Assembly: GCF_030692605.1 (NCBI RefSeq)
Contig: NZ_JAUYUD010000093.1
Location: 34 to 64,033 of the forward strand
Length of the DNA: 64,000 bases
From: Lutibacter sp.
GTDB lineage: Bacteria; Bacteroidota; Bacteroidia; Flavobacteriales; Flavobacteriaceae
Reading direction: 5' to 3'
A program made the position numbers and the translations under genes. Position 1 is the stretch's first letter. The number at the start of each line of letters is the position of its first letter. Below, piece by piece: positions 59,330 through 64,000 of the stretch. The notes below the pieces were generated by a model that worked only from the letters and a program-made list of their open reading frames with translations, searched no databases and was not told the DNA's origin.

Positions 59330-60355
59330 ATGCAAGCATTTATTGAAAATTTACCAAAAGCAGAATTACATTTACACATTGAAGGCTCTTTAGAACCTTC
59401 TCTGATGTTTAAAATTGCTCGAAGAAATAATATTAATATTCCTTATAAATCTGTCGAAGAAGTTGAAAAAGCCTATCAATTTAATTGCCTACAAGATTTT
59501 TTAGATATTTATTATCAGAGCGCTCATGTATTAGTAACCCAACAAGATTTTTACGAGTTAACATATCATTATTTGCAAAATTGTGCTATTCAAAATGTGA
59601 GACATGCCGAAATAATGTTCGATCCACAAACACATACGAATCGTGGCGTTTCATTTGAGACAGTAATTACAGGAATTTCAAAAGCTTGTAAAGATGCTCA
59701 AGAAAAACTGAATATTTCCACCATTTTAATAATGAGTTTTTTACGTCATTTAAGTGAAGAAGAAGCGTTTAAAACGTTAAATGATTCTTTACCCTATAAG
59801 GCAAAAATTACAGCTGTTGGTTTGGATTCATCAGAGATAGGAAATCCTCCTTCAAAATTTAAAAATGTGTATGCAGCTTGTGTCGAAGAAGGATATATAC
59901 CAATGGCGCACGCTGGTGAAGAAGGTTCCTCGGAATACGTTTGGGAAGCAATTGACGTATTAGGAATTAAGCGAATTGATCACGGAAATAATGCCTTGCA
60001 GGATAAAAATTTAATAAAAGAAATTATAAATCGAGATTTAGCATTAACAGTTTGTCCGTTATCAAATATTGCTTTAAACGTTGTAGATGACTTAAAAAAT
60101 CATCCATTAAAAAAAATGATGGAATTAGGTCTTAAAGTGACTATAAATTCTGATGATCCTGCTTATTTTGGTGGAAATATAAATAAAAACTATATTGAGA
60201 TTCAAAAAGCACTACAGTTGACCAAAGAAGATATTTATCAATTAGCTAAAAACTCTTTTCAATATTCTTTATTAGACAATGCCAAAAAACAATATTTTTT
60301 AAACGAATTAGAAAAATACTATACTCAAACTAAAGAAAAACAATTAGAATTTTAA
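59330..60355 (+). CDS. add: Adenosine/adenine deaminase family protein
   Basis: LPKAELHLHIEGSL, HAGE and INSDDPAYFG motifs. A TAATTTTG box at 59318-59325 would imply a near-leaderless mRNA. Confidence 0.88.
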   Translation: MQAFIENLPKAELHLHIEGSLEPSLMFKIARRNNINIPYKSVEEVEKAYQFNCLQDFLDIYYQSAHVLVTQQDFYELTYHYLQNCAIQNVRHAEIMFDPQTHTNRGVSFETVITGISKACKDAQEKLNISTILIMSFLRHLSEEEAFKTLNDSLPYKAKITAVGLDSSEIGNPPSKFKNVYAACVEEGYIPMAHAGEEGSSEYVWEAIDVLGIKRIDHGNNALQDKNLIKEIINRDLALTVCPLSNIALNVVDDLKNHPLKKMMELGLKVTINSDDPAYFGGNINKNYIEIQKALQLTKEDIYQLAKNSFQYSLLDNAKKQYFLNELEKYYTQTKEKQLEF

Positions 60356-60362
60356 AAACCTT

Positions 60363-60950
60363 ATGAAAAGAATTACAGTAATATTAATCGTATTTTTGGC
60401 AACCACGTTATACAGTTTTGCTCAAAATAACAAAGCTTTAGACACCAGTACAGTTGAAAACCAGTTTAGGTACATTATTGATAACTCTCCAAATTCTTTC
60501 GATAGTAAACTTGTAAAGTTAAATTGGATTAATCAGTTAAAAAATAATGTGATTGATTCAGTTTCAACATTAACCAAGTTACAATTAACTAATACTGATA
60601 TAATTAATGCCCAAAAAATTACACTTGATAGTTTAAAAAATGAGTTTGAATCATCTCTTACTTCCTTTGACACTTTAAATTTAGAAAAACAAAGTATTTC
60701 TTTTTTAGGAATAAATTTTGACAAATCCACCTTTAAAAAAACTATGCTGAGTATAATTATTATATTAATATTGATATTGGTATTTTATATTAGAAAATAT
60801 AATGGAAGTAATACAATAACTGAAGATTTTAAACAACGTCTAATAGACCTACAAGAAGAATTTGATGCTTCTAAACAAAGATCTTTAGAAAGAGAACAAA
60901 TTACAATGAGAAAGTTACAAGATGAATTAAACAAGAAAAAAGAAAAATAG
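60363..60950 (+). CDS. Hypothetical membrane protein with a coiled-coil tail
   Basis: Signal peptide, one TM segment (MLSIIIILILILVFYI) and a charged C-terminus. Confidence 0.45.
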   Translation: MKRITVILIVFLATTLYSFAQNNKALDTSTVENQFRYIIDNSPNSFDSKLVKLNWINQLKNNVIDSVSTLTKLQLTNTDIINAQKITLDSLKNEFESSLTSFDTLNLEKQSISFLGINFDKSTFKKTMLSIIIILILILVFYIRKYNGSNTITEDFKQRLIDLQEEFDASKQRSLEREQITMRKLQDELNKKKEK

Positions 60951-61583
60951 TTGGATAATTTTGAATCTGTAATAAGGACTGAACTTTCTTTTTTAGGTTC
61001 GCAACTTGTAGAAGAAATTCTAAAAGAATCTACGATATTGTATGTTGAAAAAGATACAGAATTGGTTAGAGATGGTCAATTTATTAAAGTAATTCCCATT
61101 GTTTTAAATGGCTTAATTAAGGTTTTTACACGTTATGAAGAAAAAGAATTATTACTTTATTACATTAAGCCCCTAGAGAGTTGCGTAATGTCTTTTTCGG
61201 CTTGTTTAGAAAATTCTCCAAGTCAAATTATTGCAGTAACAGAAGAAAAAACAACTGTTTTACTATTACCTGTTTCAAAAATACATCAATGGGTTAAAAA
61301 TTATTCTAATTTTAATCAATTATTTTTTCAACAATACAATATTCGATATACAGAATTATTAAAAACAATCAATCATTTAGTAAATGATAAGTTAGATGTA
61401 AGGCTTTATAATTACTTAATTGATAAAAAAAATCTAACTCAAAAAAATCCAATTAAAATTTCTCATCGCCAAATTGCAAATGAATTAGGAACTGCAAGAG
61501 AGGTAATTAGTAGAGTTTTAAAAAAATTAGAAAACGAAGAAAAAGTAAAACAACATACCAATGAAATTGAAGTTTTTGAGTAG
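60951..61583 (+). CDS. Crp/Fnr family transcriptional regulator
   Basis: cNMP-binding-like domain plus HTH (HRQIANELGTAREVISRVLKKLE). The TTG start directly abuts the upstream TAG stop. Confidence 0.8.
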   Translation: MDNFESVIRTELSFLGSQLVEEILKESTILYVEKDTELVRDGQFIKVIPIVLNGLIKVFTRYEEKELLLYYIKPLESCVMSFSACLENSPSQIIAVTEEKTTVLLLPVSKIHQWVKNYSNFNQLFFQQYNIRYTELLKTINHLVNDKLDVRLYNYLIDKKNLTQKNPIKISHRQIANELGTAREVISRVLKKLENEEKVKQHTNEIEVFE

Positions 61584-61658
61584 TGGTGACTATTGTCACT
61601 GCAAAACCTATTTCTACATTGTAATTTTGACCTAATTATTAATTAAAAATCTTTTTCA

Positions 61659-61865
61659 ATGAAAAAAAATATGGGAAGTACAGATAAAGTTATCAGGATG
61701 TTGATAGCTGTTGTTATTGCAATTTTATATTTTACAACTGATTTAATTTCAGGCACTTTAGGAATTATTCTATTAATTTTTGCTGGTATTTTTGTGCTAA
61801 CAAGTTTAGTGAGTTTTTGTCCACTTTACCCAATTTTAGGAATGAATACTTGCAAAAAAAAATAA
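61659..61865 (+). CDS. DUF2892 (YgaP-like) small membrane protein
   Basis: Contains DKVIRMLIAVV...FCPLYPILGMNTC, the signature region. Confidence 0.8.
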   Translation: MKKNMGSTDKVIRMLIAVVIAILYFTTDLISGTLGIILLIFAGIFVLTSLVSFCPLYPILGMNTCKKK

Positions 61866-61921
61866 TATTTTCATAAAAAAGAGGTTGACTAAAATTTCAC
61901 TTTTTTAGCCAGCCGCTTTTT

Positions 61922-62332
61922 TTACTCACCACAATACGTTACAAAATTTCGAGGTGTTTCATATAACGTAATTGACAATTCCAATTTCTCATCAATTTTT
62001 GAGCGCAATTTATTCCAAATAACAACCGAAATATTTTCAGCAGTTGGATTTAAGGTTTTAAACTCAATAACTTCTTCATTTAAATTTTTATGGTCGAATT
62101 GCTCTTCAATTTCAATTTCAATTAATTTTTTCAAAATTTTCATATCCATAACAAACCCAGTTTCTGGATGAATTTCACCTTTCACTGAAACTATTAACTC
62201 ATAGTTGTGTCCGTGATAATTTGGGTTTGCACATTTACCAAAAACAGTTGCGTTTCTTGCATCAGTCCAATCAGAATTATACAATCTATGGGCCGCATTA
62301 AAATGTGCTTTTCTACTAACAGTTACTTTCAT
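61922..62332 (-). CDS. queD: 6-carboxy-5,6,7,8-tetrahydropterin synthase
   Basis: FNAAHRL and CANPNYHGHNYEL motifs. Confidence 0.88.
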   Translation of the reverse strand: MKVTVSRKAHFNAAHRLYNSDWTDARNATVFGKCANPNYHGHNYELIVSVKGEIHPETGFVMDMKILKKLIEIEIEEQFDHKNLNEEVIEFKTLNPTAENISVVIWNKLRSKIDEKLELSITLYETPRNFVTYCGE

Positions 62333-62856
62333 TATTTTTTTATATTTATAAAACTATAATATTTCTCAAAAATAATTTTAAACCATTCGGTATAAATTTC
62401 TGGTTTATTTTCAATATCAACATTAACATCATCCAGCGGCATCCACTTATAACTCTCAACCTCTTCCCTATTAATAATCGGATTTTCATTAAAATAACCA
62501 ACCATTATATGATCTAATTCGTGTTCTGTTAAACCATTCTCAAAAGGAGCTTTGTAAATAAACCAAGTCATTTCATTTAACTCACACATAAACCCCATTT
62601 CTTCAAATAACCGTCTTTTTCCAGCTTCAATATTTGTTTCTCCATTACGTTGATGGCTGCAGCAAGTATTTGTCCATAATAAAGGTGAATGGTATTTTTC
62701 AGCAGCCCGTTGTTGTAATAATAATTCATTTTTATCATTAAAAATAAATACTGAGAATGCTCTGTGCAAAACTGCTTTTTCATGAGCTTCCATTTTTGGC
62801 ATTAAACCAATTTGCTCATCATTTTCATTCACTAAAATTACTTGTTCTTCATTCAT
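62332..62856 (-). CDS. idi: Isopentenyl-diphosphate delta-isomerase, type 1
   Basis: HRAFSVF and WTNTCCSHQ motifs, plus a Nudix-like Glu pair. Confidence 0.88.
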   Translation of the reverse strand: MNEEQVILVNENDEQIGLMPKMEAHEKAVLHRAFSVFIFNDKNELLLQQRAAEKYHSPLLWTNTCCSHQRNGETNIEAGKRRLFEEMGFMCELNEMTWFIYKAPFENGLTEHELDHIMVGYFNENPIINREEVESYKWMPLDDVNVDIENKPEIYTEWFKIIFEKYYSFINIKK

Positions 62857-62955
62857 AATTTATTCAATAAATACAAATTTACAAAATAGATATGGGAATT
62901 TTAAACTAATCCTCTTTTCAACTTTCAAACTTTTTAACTTTCAAACTTTAAAACC

Positions 62956-62963
62956 TATATTTG
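62956..62963 (+). promoter_or_regulatory. -7 promoter box TATATTTG upstream of prfC
   Basis: Matches TAnnTTTG, 19 nt upstream of the ATG at 62982. Confidence 0.4.
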
Positions 62964-62981
62964 CACCTCAAATTTTTAGTG

Positions 62982-64000
62982 ATGACTTTTTTAGAAGAAA
63001 TACAAAGAAGACGAACTTTTGGCATTATTTCACATCCTGATGCTGGTAAAACTACCCTAACCGAAAAATTACTATTATTTGGTGGAGCAATTCAAGAAGC
63101 TGGTGCCGTAAAAAGTAATAAAATAAAGAAAGGAGCTACCTCCGATTTTATGGAAATTGAGCGTCAAAGGGGAATTTCTGTATCTACATCAGTACTTGCA
63201 TTTATCTATAAAAATAAAAAAATAAATATATTAGATACTCCTGGGCATAAAGATTTTGCTGAAGATACTTTTAGAACTTTAACCGCTGTAGATAGTGTTA
63301 TTGTTGTAATTGATGTTGCCAAAGGTGTTGAAGAACAAACAGAAAAATTAGTTGAAGTTTGTAGAATGCGTAAAATTCCAATGATTGTTTTTATAAATAA
63401 AATGGATCGTGAAGGTAAGGATGCTTTTGATTTATTAGATGAAGTTGAGCAAAAATTAGGATTGAGAGTTACCCCTTTAAGTTTTCCAATTGGTATGGGT
63501 TACGATTTTAAGGGAATTTATAATATTTATGAAAAAAAGATAAATTTATTTTCAGGGGACAATAAACAAACTGTTTCAAATGGAATAGAATTTAATGATA
63601 TTACTACCCCCGAATTAGACAAAATTATTGGTGAAAAATCAGCAAACACATTGCGTGAAGAATTGGAAATTTTAAGAGAGGTTTATCCAGATTTTGACAA
63701 AAATGAATATTTAAATGGAGAATTACAACCTGTGTTTTTTGGCTCTGCTTTAAATAATTTTGGAGTAAAAGAATTGCTAGATTGTTTTATTGAAATTGCA
63801 CCGCCCCCTAAACCAAAAATGGCTGAAACTCGTTTGATCGACTCCAAGGAAGAAGAAATGAGTGGTTTTGTTTTTAAGATTCACGCCAATATGGATCCAA
63901 ATCATAGAAACAGGTTAGCATTTATAAAAATTGTTTCTGGCACTTTTAAAAGAAATGAACCATATTTACACGTACGACTTAATAAAAAAATGAAATTCTC
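62982..64000 (+). CDS. prfC: Peptide chain release factor 3 (3'-truncated by the window edge)
   Basis: Translated by hand: [70 protein letters not shown]...DTPGHKDF. It is absent from the ORF track because there is no stop codon in the window. Confidence 0.9.
   Translation, partial: MTFLEEIQRRRTFGIISHPDAGKTTLTEKLLLFGGAIQEAGAVKSNKIKKGATSDFMEIERQRGISVSTSVLAFIYKNKKINILDTPGHKDFAEDTFRTLTAVDSVIVVIDVAKGVEEQTEKLVEVCRMRKIPMIVFINKMDREGKDAFDLLDEVEQKLGLRVTPLSFPIGMGYDFKGIYNIYEKKINLFSGDNKQTVSNGIEFNDITTPELDKIIGEKSANTLREELEILREVYPDFDKNEYLNGELQPVFFGSALNNFGVKELLDCFIEIAPPPKPKMAETRLIDSKEEEMSGFVFKIHANMDPNHRNRLAFIKIVSGTFKRNEPYLHVRLNKKMKF

Noticed and set aside
62920-62949. Tandem aactttcaaacttt motif upstream of prfC, with a related gttgaaagtt motif downstream of argS (14349-14390)
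   Set aside because: The motifs are short, low-complexity and AT-rich. The similarity is too weak to separate from chance without a genome-wide count.

Overview
AT-rich chromosomal segment. It looks like Bacteroidota, class Flavobacteriia, judging from gene content (BshC, DUF5916, DUF1573, DUF3276, long NusB) and recurring TAnnTTTG -7 promoter boxes; this assignment is inference only. About 85% of the window is ordinary housekeeping sequence: argS, lpd, hisS, folE, kdsB, nadC, rlmH, rdgB, holA, coaE, yajC, nusB, sucC, lolD, mtnN, dps/oxyR, add, queD, idi and a 3'-truncated prfC that is missing from the ORF track. The one clearly accessory region is an island of about 8.2 kb (2611-10787) carrying a complete type II-C CRISPR-Cas system. 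It contains cas9 (1128 aa, minus strand), a divergent tracrRNA, cas1-cas2 (plus strand), and an array of 26 identical 36-nt repeats with 25 spacers. The locus architecture is unusual in six ways. (1) cas9 and cas1-cas2 are convergent, and the cas1-cas2-array block lies between inverted copies of a ~110-bp element, which points to an inversion. (2) A stand-alone GIY-YIG nuclease gene framed by perfect 28-bp inverted repeats sits 3 nt downstream of the cas9 stop. (3) The whole island is bracketed by ~90-bp imperfect direct repeats of the 3' end of the neighbouring DUF1343 gene. (4) One array end carries an inverted degenerate repeat that forms a long palindrome with the terminal repeat. (5) The other array flank plus a truncated repeat is tandemly duplicated with a 238-bp period. 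(6) Two spacers differ only at one seed-position nucleotide. All functional calls come from motif recognition by eye, and no database search was possible.
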